A stretch of DNA of 39,224 nucleotides from an uncultured Methanosarcinales archaeon (GTDB taxonomy: Archaea; Nanobdellota; Nanobdellia; Woesearchaeales; CAZYIM01): positions 2,654-41,877 of the forward strand of contig CAZYIM010000025.1 of assembly GCA_964647565.1 (NCBI GenBank), in the 5' to 3' direction. How positions within the stretch are numbered: position 1 is the first letter of the stretch; the number at the start of each line of letters is the position of its first letter. Both the position numbers and the translations under genes were made by a program. Positions 1 through 8,183 of the stretch are shown here, in pieces. The notes beneath the pieces were generated by a model that saw only the letters and a program-made list of their open reading frames with translations, was not told where the DNA came from and did not search any database.

Positions 1-124
1 AAATTCTTGGAGTCTGATCACATAAAGGATGAGGACAGCCAGAATCTCCGGATACAACAATAACATTAAGAAATAATAAAATTATCGAACAAAAAAGTAT
101 GGAACATATTGTTTTGTATTTCAT
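1..124 (-). CDS. 5' part of a secreted protein, probably a further member of the dockerin/putative glycoside hydrolase array (truncated by window edge)
   Basis: Not in ORF track. Manual translation from ATG at 124: MKYKTICSILFCSIILLFLNVIVVSGDSGCPHPLCDQTPRI, open to base 1. Signal-peptide shape, and PRI matches the N-terminal YPRI/YPRL motif of the paralogs. Starts 7 nt after the preceding stop. Confidence 0.7.
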   Translation of the reverse strand, partial: MKYKTICSILFCSIILLFLNVIVVSGDSGCPHPLCDQTPRI

Positions 125-131
125 CTGAATT

Positions 132-2234
132 TTACAGTTTTCCCACAATTATTAGCAGATCGGATACATTCACTATACCATCACCATCCAGATCGTGCTC
201 TGATGTTCCAAAAGCCCTGACCAGCAACACAAGATCAAAAATATCGATCACATCGTCATCGTTTATATCTGCAGGATCATCATTATCGTTGCCATCCCCA
301 TTGCCAGTATCATCACCAGCACAACCAAGATGGGGTGTGCACAAAGTGGTCGGACATTCAGAAGTACTACATGTCCTTGTCTGCTGTACCATAGTGGAAG
401 GACAATCTCCACCACCACAGTCAGTATCTAATGTCCAGGAACCGCAATCAGTATCACAATTAACAGGAGTCTTGCATGTTCCCTTACAGCAGGTCGTTGG
501 ATAGCTGCAGTCAGAAGCAAAATAGTATATATTGCCTTCACAGGTCTGACCACTCTCACAACAGAAAGCACTCGAATCCCAATCAGAACAAGTTTTCCTC
601 TCTGGAGGCGGACCAACATCTCCTTCGCAGCTGTCTCCACTCATAGACCAGGAATTGAAATCATAAGTGCAGCTCTTTCCATGCTTTTGGACAGTCATCA
701 CATTATTGTTCCAGGTCACAATCGGACCATCAGAAGATACAGTCTCAATCCTTTTGACAGGCAGATTCAACACTGCAGAATCACTGGCACCAGAAGTGCT
801 GCCACTATCTCCAGATTTTGTAATCGTGACGCCCTTACTTGTAGTAAAGGACCCACTGCTCACTTGGGCATTTGCACTGACAGCATCCTTAAAAGCCTGG
901 AATGTTGGATAGTCCGCACCAATGACTGCTGCCTCTATAGCAGATACTTGTCCTGAAAGATAGATGGCAATCGCAGTATGGTCTTTTTTGTAGAAATGCC
1001 AGCCGCCATTGGAATCAGATTCATCAAATAGAGCAGCACCTTCATTCTCATCATACGCAGTCTGCGTACTTATATCAATGATGTGCAGGTTCGGCGCATA
1101 CTCTATCAACATGGCATTTTTGTATTGATAGCAGCCCCTGCCTATCTCCTGATAACATTCAGAATTAGAGCAACCTTCCTCAACAGTCGGCTTGTTGTCT
1201 ATCCACAATCTTATCAGCCCCTCTACGTCCATCATCGATGCCTGAAGAGAGCCACCCATAGTAAAATACTTGGTAACATATATCCATTTGCCGTCACCCC
1301 TTACATAGGTTGGATGGCCTGCAAGATTATTTTCCATATTAAAATGCCAATAGCTGTCTGGCTCATCATCCAGATTGCCGATATCAAATATCAAATCAGG
1401 CAAACGGTACGTACTGACCAAAGCAGTATAAAAGCGTCCCCTGCTGCTAAATGGCATGGAACCAATATCCCAATATATCCAGTGATAAATCTCAGGTCCT
1501 CCACTCCATATCGTACGGGCATAGGTCCTGCCTACATGGCCTCCATGCATATCCATACAGACATCAAGGACTGAATCCAATAAAATCAGATCGAGCATCA
1601 TCTTGGCTCTCTTTTTCATCTCAGGATCCTGTGCAAAATCATAAAGCGTGTAAAGCGAATCTACAAATGTCTTGGTATATTCTGAGTCCAGTTCACGAGT
1701 ATAGTCGCCTTCCTTGGCCAACTGATTGAAGGTGTCAAATAGCCAGCTCTTTGATTCGCTGGTAGATTCACCTCTCATTTCTGCTACAAGAAATCCTATA
1801 GTATGCAGCATCAACCTATTGTTCATAGTAAATCCTGAAATATCTGGTATCTTAAAATACTTCCAATTATTATTCATCCAATATAATTCGTCACTGACTT
1901 GATCAGGATATTGGAGATGTACACGAAGAAGATGTAACCTAGGAAGGAACCATCCCGCAGTCCACATGCCCTGGCCCCAGTCAGCAGGCCAATCTTTCTC
2001 AGGGATATTAGGATCAGGAGAACCATCATGTCCCCACTGTCTGATCTGGTAAGTGATGTACTCTTCTGTGTATTCATTCAGTGGATTCTCCAGATAAGCC
2101 CATATACCCAACTCATCAGAAAGTCCTTCTCCATAAGATACTATATACGCAGCTCTTTTCTCTTCAAACGTGGCAGCCATCACAGAACAAGATAGCAGGA
2201 TAAAAATGATACAGAAGATAACACCTCTTTTCAT
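132..2234 (-). CDS. Secreted protein: alpha-helical heparinase II/III- or polysaccharide lyase-like region (tentative), Cys-rich linker, C-terminal dockerin-like domain
   Basis: 703-aa ORF; start placed at MKRGV (2234) by similarity to sibling genes and TATA spacing. Signal peptide, motif ELDSEY...LYDFAQD...AKMMLDLIL, Cys-rich stretch, terminal DINDDDVIDIFDL...DLDGDGIVNVSDL. Confidence 0.65.
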   Translation of the reverse strand: MKRGVIFCIIFILLSCSVMAATFEEKRAAYIVSYGEGLSDELGIWAYLENPLNEYTEEYITYQIRQWGHDGSPDPNIPEKDWPADWGQGMWTAGWFLPRLHLLRVHLQYPDQVSDELYWMNNNWKYFKIPDISGFTMNNRLMLHTIGFLVAEMRGESTSESKSWLFDTFNQLAKEGDYTRELDSEYTKTFVDSLYTLYDFAQDPEMKKRAKMMLDLILLDSVLDVCMDMHGGHVGRTYARTIWSGGPEIYHWIYWDIGSMPFSSRGRFYTALVSTYRLPDLIFDIGNLDDEPDSYWHFNMENNLAGHPTYVRGDGKWIYVTKYFTMGGSLQASMMDVEGLIRLWIDNKPTVEEGCSNSECYQEIGRGCYQYKNAMLIEYAPNLHIIDISTQTAYDENEGAALFDESDSNGGWHFYKKDHTAIAIYLSGQVSAIEAAVIGADYPTFQAFKDAVSANAQVSSGSFTTSKGVTITKSGDSGSTSGASDSAVLNLPVKRIETVSSDGPIVTWNNNVMTVQKHGKSCTYDFNSWSMSGDSCEGDVGPPPERKTCSDWDSSAFCCESGQTCEGNIYYFASDCSYPTTCCKGTCKTPVNCDTDCGSWTLDTDCGGGDCPSTMVQQTRTCSTSECPTTLCTPHLGCAGDDTGNGDGNDNDDPADINDDDVIDIFDLVLLVRAFGTSEHDLDGDGIVNVSDLLIIVGKL

Positions 2235-2266
2235 AATAATCACTTATGAACTCCTAATTTAAATAA

Positions 2267-4174
2267 TTATAGTTTTTGAATGATCACAAGCAGATCCTGT
2301 ACATCAACAGTGCCGTCGCCAGTAAGGTCATACTCATAAGTGCCAAACGCCCTGACAAGCAAAACCAGGTCAAATATGTCAACAACTCGATCTTTATTAA
2401 GGTCAGCAACATTAAAATTATCACCACCATTTTCACCAGCGGTTTCATCTTGATATACAAATTTCATGCCATCAGCCTGCACAGTGCCGTCTGCCCCAGC
2501 AGCCTTTAGCTTGACATATCCGTCAGTGCCTTCATTGAAAGTAAAGGCGCCAAGTGAGTTCCACTTGCCATAATCCTTTGACTGGTCAATAGTTCCGGTC
2601 TCTATACCACCCGCATGCTTCAATTCATATGCAACATTTGATGCTTCCTGCTTGTCATCCAGATCTCCATGCCATTCAAAGACTTCATATTCACCTGCAA
2701 AACCTATAGTAGGTCTGTATATAGCTTGGTCAGAAGAACTCTTTGAGAATGCAACTGGAAACTGTTTAAGCATGAACCAGTCATATGGCTTGCAGTTGAA
2801 ACTCCATGTACTGTCTGCATCGCAGGTCTTCTCCCAATCCCCATTAAGCTCTGCAAGCTCTGACGCAGGCGAGGTTTCAGCCTCTCCATTGTCAATTATT
2901 ATGTCTGCGATTACTATCTGAGGAGTGTCTACAAGCAGGATAGAATCACCATATGCCCAATTAAAATCAGGGTGGGGCTTGCCCCATAAGGTTATCGAAT
3001 CAAACAATTCTCCATTATTATGTGCTGGATCCTGGCCACCTTGGAAACGGTGATAGGGTCCACCATAACCTGGAAGATCTTTTATGTCATCATCTGTGAT
3101 TGTCTTGTTCTCTCCTAATGGATTCATGATAAATGCGCCATGATCAAAGAACCTGACCCAGACACAGTCATAATCTCCTTTGCAAAATAGACCTTGAGGT
3201 GGTCCTTTTGGCCAACCAAAGTCCAAATCAAACTCATCATAATACTTGTTATAGTGATGCTCTCCGGCTCGATGCTCAGTAAAACTCATATACCCATCAC
3301 CCAGCATCATATATCCAAACAAATAACGCATGTCTTTAAAATCATTCTTGGACTCAGCTCGCATATCAGCCCAGAATATATGGGGTTCTGGAGCTGTCTC
3401 CATCCAGGGTTTGTATCTGTAACCATACATCCATCTGACACTAGTCGGGGATCTGCCTTTCTCAATCATGAGCCCGTTTGAATTCTCCCAGTTATGGTCG
3501 TGAAATATTCCTGAATTAATCAGAAATGCCTGGCCGTTCTTCTGTGCCTCTTCAAGAATAGGCCTTGCTGCCTTGGCTATGCCCGCCCTGAAGTGGTTCT
3601 TAAACCACAGCATCTTGGCGACATAACCCACAGCATCCAAGGGAATATGCTCATCATGATCATTCACTCCATTTCGATCAACATCTACAGGATTAATACC
3701 AAAAGGATGATCCCAAGCTCCCTGGCAGATAAAGCCATCCACTAAATCACCATCCCTTAACCTTTGAATGGTGTCCTGTGCAATATACTCATTGTATTTC
3801 TGACCAGTAAACTTGCCGCGGGTCGGCTCCTCACAAAAATCACTCAGATCTAGCATATTTCCGTAACCAGTCTCTACTTTATTTCCGTCAGGATCCTTGA
3901 GATACCATTCATCCGGAGCAGGATCATCAGTCATATGCCAAACATTCCAGTCTCTTGAGACAAAAAGAGCTGTTCTTGGATTAAGCTCACGTATTTTCTC
4001 AAGCCTGGCAGTCCCATATGTATGTACCAAATCAAACTGGGCATACCATTCTGCAGGTGCATGTCCAAAGTTGAAAAATGCAAGTCTGGGATATGAATGA
4101 TTAAAATCAAATGCCTGGCAAATAGGCAGGATTAAGAATATCATCAACAAAAGTAAAAAAATTTTTCTGTTCAT
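2267..4174 (-). CDS. Secreted putative glycoside hydrolase (GHL15-like TIM barrel) + golvesin/Xly CBM-like domain + dockerin-like domain
   Basis: Signal peptide; YPRL; DG...; NGLMIE; YYDEFDLDFGWP; VWVRFFDHG; IIIDN...GEYEVFEWH...DQ...GKWNSLG...ADGMKFV; terminal dockerin repeats. Start overlaps the upstream stop (ATGA at 4171-4174). Confidence 0.75.
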   Translation of the reverse strand: MNRKIFLLLLMIFLILPICQAFDFNHSYPRLAFFNFGHAPAEWYAQFDLVHTYGTARLEKIRELNPRTALFVSRDWNVWHMTDDPAPDEWYLKDPDGNKVETGYGNMLDLSDFCEEPTRGKFTGQKYNEYIAQDTIQRLRDGDLVDGFICQGAWDHPFGINPVDVDRNGVNDHDEHIPLDAVGYVAKMLWFKNHFRAGIAKAARPILEEAQKNGQAFLINSGIFHDHNWENSNGLMIEKGRSPTSVRWMYGYRYKPWMETAPEPHIFWADMRAESKNDFKDMRYLFGYMMLGDGYMSFTEHRAGEHHYNKYYDEFDLDFGWPKGPPQGLFCKGDYDCVWVRFFDHGAFIMNPLGENKTITDDDIKDLPGYGGPYHRFQGGQDPAHNNGELFDSITLWGKPHPDFNWAYGDSILLVDTPQIVIADIIIDNGEAETSPASELAELNGDWEKTCDADSTWSFNCKPYDWFMLKQFPVAFSKSSSDQAIYRPTIGFAGEYEVFEWHGDLDDKQEASNVAYELKHAGGIETGTIDQSKDYGKWNSLGAFTFNEGTDGYVKLKAAGADGTVQADGMKFVYQDETAGENGGDNFNVADLNKDRVVDIFDLVLLVRAFGTYEYDLTGDGTVDVQDLLVIIQKL

Positions 4175-6087
4175 AGTAGCTTTACAATAATAATAAGGTC
4201 TTTGACATTGACGGTACTGTCATTAGTTAGATCATGTCGAGAAGTGCCAAAAGATTGGATGAGGATAATCAAATCCTCTATGTCCACAACTCTATCAAGA
4301 TTCAGATCGCCAAATATTGGCTGTGGCGGCGGAGGCGAACCATCCTTAAATACAAACTTGACAGCATCAGCAACAACAACACCATCTGCACCTGATGCTA
4401 AAAGCCTGAGATGGCCAGATGTTCCCTTAGTGAAGTTGAAAGTGCCGAGCTTGTTCCACTTTCCATGATTCTGCCTCTGGTTGATGGTGCCTGTTTTTGT
4501 ACCTCCCACATGCTTGAGCTCATATCTTACATTAGTGGCCTCAATTGAATTCTGTGTGTTTCCATGCCATTCATATACATCATACTCTCCGGCAACTCCC
4601 ATGTTAGGAGTAAAGGTCGCTTGAGCGCTTCCTGGCGTTGCAGTTGCAAACTTGTGTACTCCAATCCAGGTTGCGTGGCTGACAACATAAGCATCCTGAC
4701 CCCAGTCTTCCTGAGTCCAACCACCTGTGAGCTCGACTACACTGGTTGAAGGACTGGTTCCATAGTCAACATTATCAATAATAATGTCAGCAACCACTGT
4801 CTTCTCTTCTTTAAGCAATATAATACCGTCACCAAAAAGATTGACAGGATCATCAGTTATGCCTTGTCCCCATAAGTTAACACTATCAAACGATGCACCA
4901 GTATTGAAGTCAGGGTCCTGGCTTCCTCTGAAGCGATAATATGGACCCGCATAGCCTGTCAGGGATTTTAAATCATCATCGCCAACAGTTACAGATTTGC
5001 CCTTGGCATTATGTATAGATACTCCATTGTCAAAGAACCTGATCCAGACACAATAGTTATAATAACCGACACGCTCGCATAAGATGCTCTGGCTGTCTGT
5101 TTTTGGATAACCCAGGTTCAGGTCAAACTCATCATACCATCTGAAAACATAGTGTTCTGTACCTGCGGCCTCCATATCAAAATATGCATTACCTAACATC
5201 GTAAATGTAAGCAGGAATCTTAACAATCTGAAGTTGTTCTTGGGATTGGCAGGAGCGTAGGTCTTATCATTATCCTCTGTTCCCTCAATCAAAGACATTG
5301 CAGGTTTTCTGCCATGCTCTATCCAGTAATCATATCTTTCTTTGGCATAGCTCCAGCCAGTCTGCATGCCACCCATGTGCTCTGCCATAAAACCATTGGT
5401 CTTGTCCAGGCCATAGGAGTGCAGGATACCTGAATTCATGACTATAATCTTATCCTCAGGTATCAAGTTTCTGAGATTACTGAGTATTATCTCCTGGCCG
5501 CCAGACCATTGCTCTTTAATCCAGTCTCTGCCATGCTGATCATTATCATTCTGCCCATCCCTGTCAAGATCAATATCACCCCTTGCATCACCCCAAAGAG
5601 TCTCCCAGGAACCCTGACTCATCACACCATCAAAGACAGTAAAGTCAACATAGGCTGCAAGCACTTCAGGAAAACGCTGGTTGAACTTTTTCCCGTCAAC
5701 GTCAGGACAAAAATTAGTGATATCCGCCAGAGTGCAGGAGCCACCACACATACCCACAGTACGGTTATCAGAATGACGGGCAAGCCATTGGTCTGGAAAG
5801 GGATCTATAAGGCTACCCTCGATCTCAAACTGTGCGCCTGTATCCCAGTCAGCAGACCACAAAATAATAGCATCTGGATTCAGGCTCTTGATATCCCTTG
5901 CCAGCTGGACATCAGAATGCGGCATGATGACCATGTCATAATCAGCATACCATTCTGTTACTGCACCTCCGAAGGTCTGCACGCCGATACGAGGATAGCT
6001 ATGACCCTTAACTGCATCCCAACTTCCAGCAGAGACCATATTCAGAAGAAAAGTGAATACTAATAAAAACAGGACACCTCTTTTCAT
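4171..6087 (-). CDS. Secreted putative glycoside hydrolase + golvesin/Xly CBM-like + dockerin-like domain (paralog)
   Basis: Same motif order as neighbours: YPRI, NGFMAE, WYDEFDLNLGYP, IIIDN, ADAVKFV, dockerin. Confidence 0.75.
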   Translation of the reverse strand: MKRGVLFLLVFTFLLNMVSAGSWDAVKGHSYPRIGVQTFGGAVTEWYADYDMVIMPHSDVQLARDIKSLNPDAIILWSADWDTGAQFEIEGSLIDPFPDQWLARHSDNRTVGMCGGSCTLADITNFCPDVDGKKFNQRFPEVLAAYVDFTVFDGVMSQGSWETLWGDARGDIDLDRDGQNDNDQHGRDWIKEQWSGGQEIILSNLRNLIPEDKIIVMNSGILHSYGLDKTNGFMAEHMGGMQTGWSYAKERYDYWIEHGRKPAMSLIEGTEDNDKTYAPANPKNNFRLLRFLLTFTMLGNAYFDMEAAGTEHYVFRWYDEFDLNLGYPKTDSQSILCERVGYYNYCVWIRFFDNGVSIHNAKGKSVTVGDDDLKSLTGYAGPYYRFRGSQDPDFNTGASFDSVNLWGQGITDDPVNLFGDGIILLKEEKTVVADIIIDNVDYGTSPSTSVVELTGGWTQEDWGQDAYVVSHATWIGVHKFATATPGSAQATFTPNMGVAGEYDVYEWHGNTQNSIEATNVRYELKHVGGTKTGTINQRQNHGKWNKLGTFNFTKGTSGHLRLLASGADGVVVADAVKFVFKDGSPPPPQPIFGDLNLDRVVDIEDLIILIQSFGTSRHDLTNDSTVNVKDLIIIVKLL

Positions 6088-6131
6088 ATAATCTTTTCTT
6101 AGAAGAACTAATATAAAAAATTATAGTTTTT
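6073..6131 (-). promoter_or_regulatory. Repeated junction module (stop, TATA box, TTCTT-N2-AAGAA palindrome, ATG); second copy at 8125-8183
   Basis: 57 of 59 nt identical between the two copies by manual alignment; TTTTTTATAT ends 23 nt before the ATG. Confidence 0.75.
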
Positions 6132-8139
6132 TAATAATGACCAAAATATCCTGGACATCAACAGCGCCATCTTCTGTCAAATCATACTGTGAAGTGCCAA
6201 AAGCCCTGACAAGCAAGACAAGATCCATAATATCAACAACACCATCCCGGTTCAGATCCCCAAGCAAGGACTGGGGAGGTGGAGTATCGGAAACACTGCC
6301 TGTATTGACAAACTTGATTGCATCTGCCACTATAAAACCATTGGTGTTACTAAGTTCCACAAATCCAGAAGTGCCTTTGTCAAAGTTATACTTTCCAAGG
6401 CTATTCCATTGCCCAGTATTATCCCTCTGATCAATGGTACCGGTTGCAGCCCCACTGGAATGATGTATCTCATAACCAATTGTAGTTGCCCCTGTCTTTT
6501 GAGGGTGCCATTCAAACACCTCATACTCACCTGCCAGACCAATCGAGGGCCTATATATAGCACTCGCCCCTGTATAAGAAGTGAATGCAATGTCGTGGGT
6601 GTTTCCAACTCTCTTATACTGGATCAGTCCAGGATTGTCACACCCCTCTGTCTTTGGGTTGTTGATCTCACATACCTGATCCCATATGTTCTCACCAACA
6701 TAAGAATATCTACAACCCCAAGTCCAAGGATCAGAACATTCATTGTAATCCTGGCAGCACTGCATATGCCAATCACCCTTTAGCTCGGCCATCTGGCTTC
6801 CAGCTGATGTGAATGCTCTGGTATGGTCAATTATAATATCTGTCACAATCTTCAAAGGCTGCTTAAGTAATATGAGTCCATCTCCAAAATGTCTCGAGGA
6901 AGTACCCTCATCCTGTTCTTTTCTTCCATGAAGATCAAAACTAGAAAATTCCTGTCCATTGTTAACAGAATAATCCTGCCCACCCTCGAAGTGATAGTAA
7001 GGACCATCATAACCCTGAAGACCTTGAAGCATTGAAATGCTTATCGTACGGGCTTCACCCTGAGGATTGGTTATTGCAACACCATTGTTGAAAAACCTCA
7101 CAAAAACTCCATTTGAAAGGCGCTGATAAACACCAGTTGGATAACCAAGATCAATCTCAAACTCATCATACCATTCATTATAATAATGATCCCTTATATC
7201 TTTTTGATCAGTCAAAGAATATCCTACTTCCTCACAATCAAAATACCCATCTCCCATCAAAGTCATTGTCAATAGGTATCTCATGTCCTTGAAATCATGT
7301 TTGTCAGTAATCAGGCCATTGATCAGAACCATGCTTGGCTCCTTCCTACTATTGACAACAGAGTTATACTTCTGTATAAATCCCTGCCCCCAATACCTAG
7401 GTACCGAAGCATATTCATCAATAAAACCATTTGCAATACCTGCTCCCCAGTCCTCTAAAGTACCGGTATTTATGAGTATGGGACGGTTGCCGAGGTTATT
7501 GTTCTCAAGAGCCTGCCTCATATTAGAGAGCAGTTTATCACATCCTGCCACAAAAGTCTGTTCAATCCAATCTCCACCATGCTGGTCCAAGTCGTTCTGA
7601 CCGTCCCTATCCAGATCCACATCCTGCGATCCAAACTGGTTGCCGCTTAATGCAATCAGATCTCCTGCATAACGATGAATGCCGTCAGTTGCCACACCAT
7701 CAACATAGTTAAAATCAAATGAATCAATATAGCTCTGCGCCAGCCATTCATTGAATTTCATGTTGCCATGAGCTGGACTGGGCCTACAGTAATCCGTCGG
7801 ATCAGCATAGTAGCCATCAGGATCATACAGCTTTATATGATCCTCATTGGATGTACGAAGACGCCATTCCTCTGGACAACCACCATAGAAATCATAGATA
7901 CGCCATTCCTTTGTACCCAGTATGATTGTATTAGGATTTATGGCCTTTATCTCTTGAGGAAGTGATGATGCAGCATTATCAAAACTTATATCCACCAAAT
8001 CATAACGCGCATATAATTCCGGTGTTGCACCACCCCATTGAAAGGATGCAATCCTTGGATAAGAGGGATTGTAATCAGTTGCCTGAACATAGAACACTAA
8101 TAATACAAATAGAAAAACTAACATGACACCTCTTTTCAT
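6121..8139 (-). CDS. Secreted putative glycoside hydrolase + golvesin/Xly CBM-like + dockerin-like domain (paralog)
   Basis: YPRI, DGVATDG, NGFIDE, WYDEFEIDLGYP, IIIDH, ADAIKFV, dockerin. Confidence 0.75.
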   Translation of the reverse strand: MKRGVMLVFLFVLLVFYVQATDYNPSYPRIASFQWGGATPELYARYDLVDISFDNAASSLPQEIKAINPNTIILGTKEWRIYDFYGGCPEEWRLRTSNEDHIKLYDPDGYYADPTDYCRPSPAHGNMKFNEWLAQSYIDSFDFNYVDGVATDGIHRYAGDLIALSGNQFGSQDVDLDRDGQNDLDQHGGDWIEQTFVAGCDKLLSNMRQALENNNLGNRPILINTGTLEDWGAGIANGFIDEYASVPRYWGQGFIQKYNSVVNSRKEPSMVLINGLITDKHDFKDMRYLLTMTLMGDGYFDCEEVGYSLTDQKDIRDHYYNEWYDEFEIDLGYPTGVYQRLSNGVFVRFFNNGVAITNPQGEARTISISMLQGLQGYDGPYYHFEGGQDYSVNNGQEFSSFDLHGRKEQDEGTSSRHFGDGLILLKQPLKIVTDIIIDHTRAFTSAGSQMAELKGDWHMQCCQDYNECSDPWTWGCRYSYVGENIWDQVCEINNPKTEGCDNPGLIQYKRVGNTHDIAFTSYTGASAIYRPSIGLAGEYEVFEWHPQKTGATTIGYEIHHSSGAATGTIDQRDNTGQWNSLGKYNFDKGTSGFVELSNTNGFIVADAIKFVNTGSVSDTPPPQSLLGDLNRDGVVDIMDLVLLVRAFGTSQYDLTEDGAVDVQDILVIIKKL

Positions 8140-8183
8140 ATATCCTTTTCTTAGAAGAACTAATATAAAAAATTATAGTTTTT
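8125..8183 (-). promoter_or_regulatory. Second copy of the repeated junction/promoter module
   Basis: Near-identical to 6073-6131. Confidence 0.75.
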
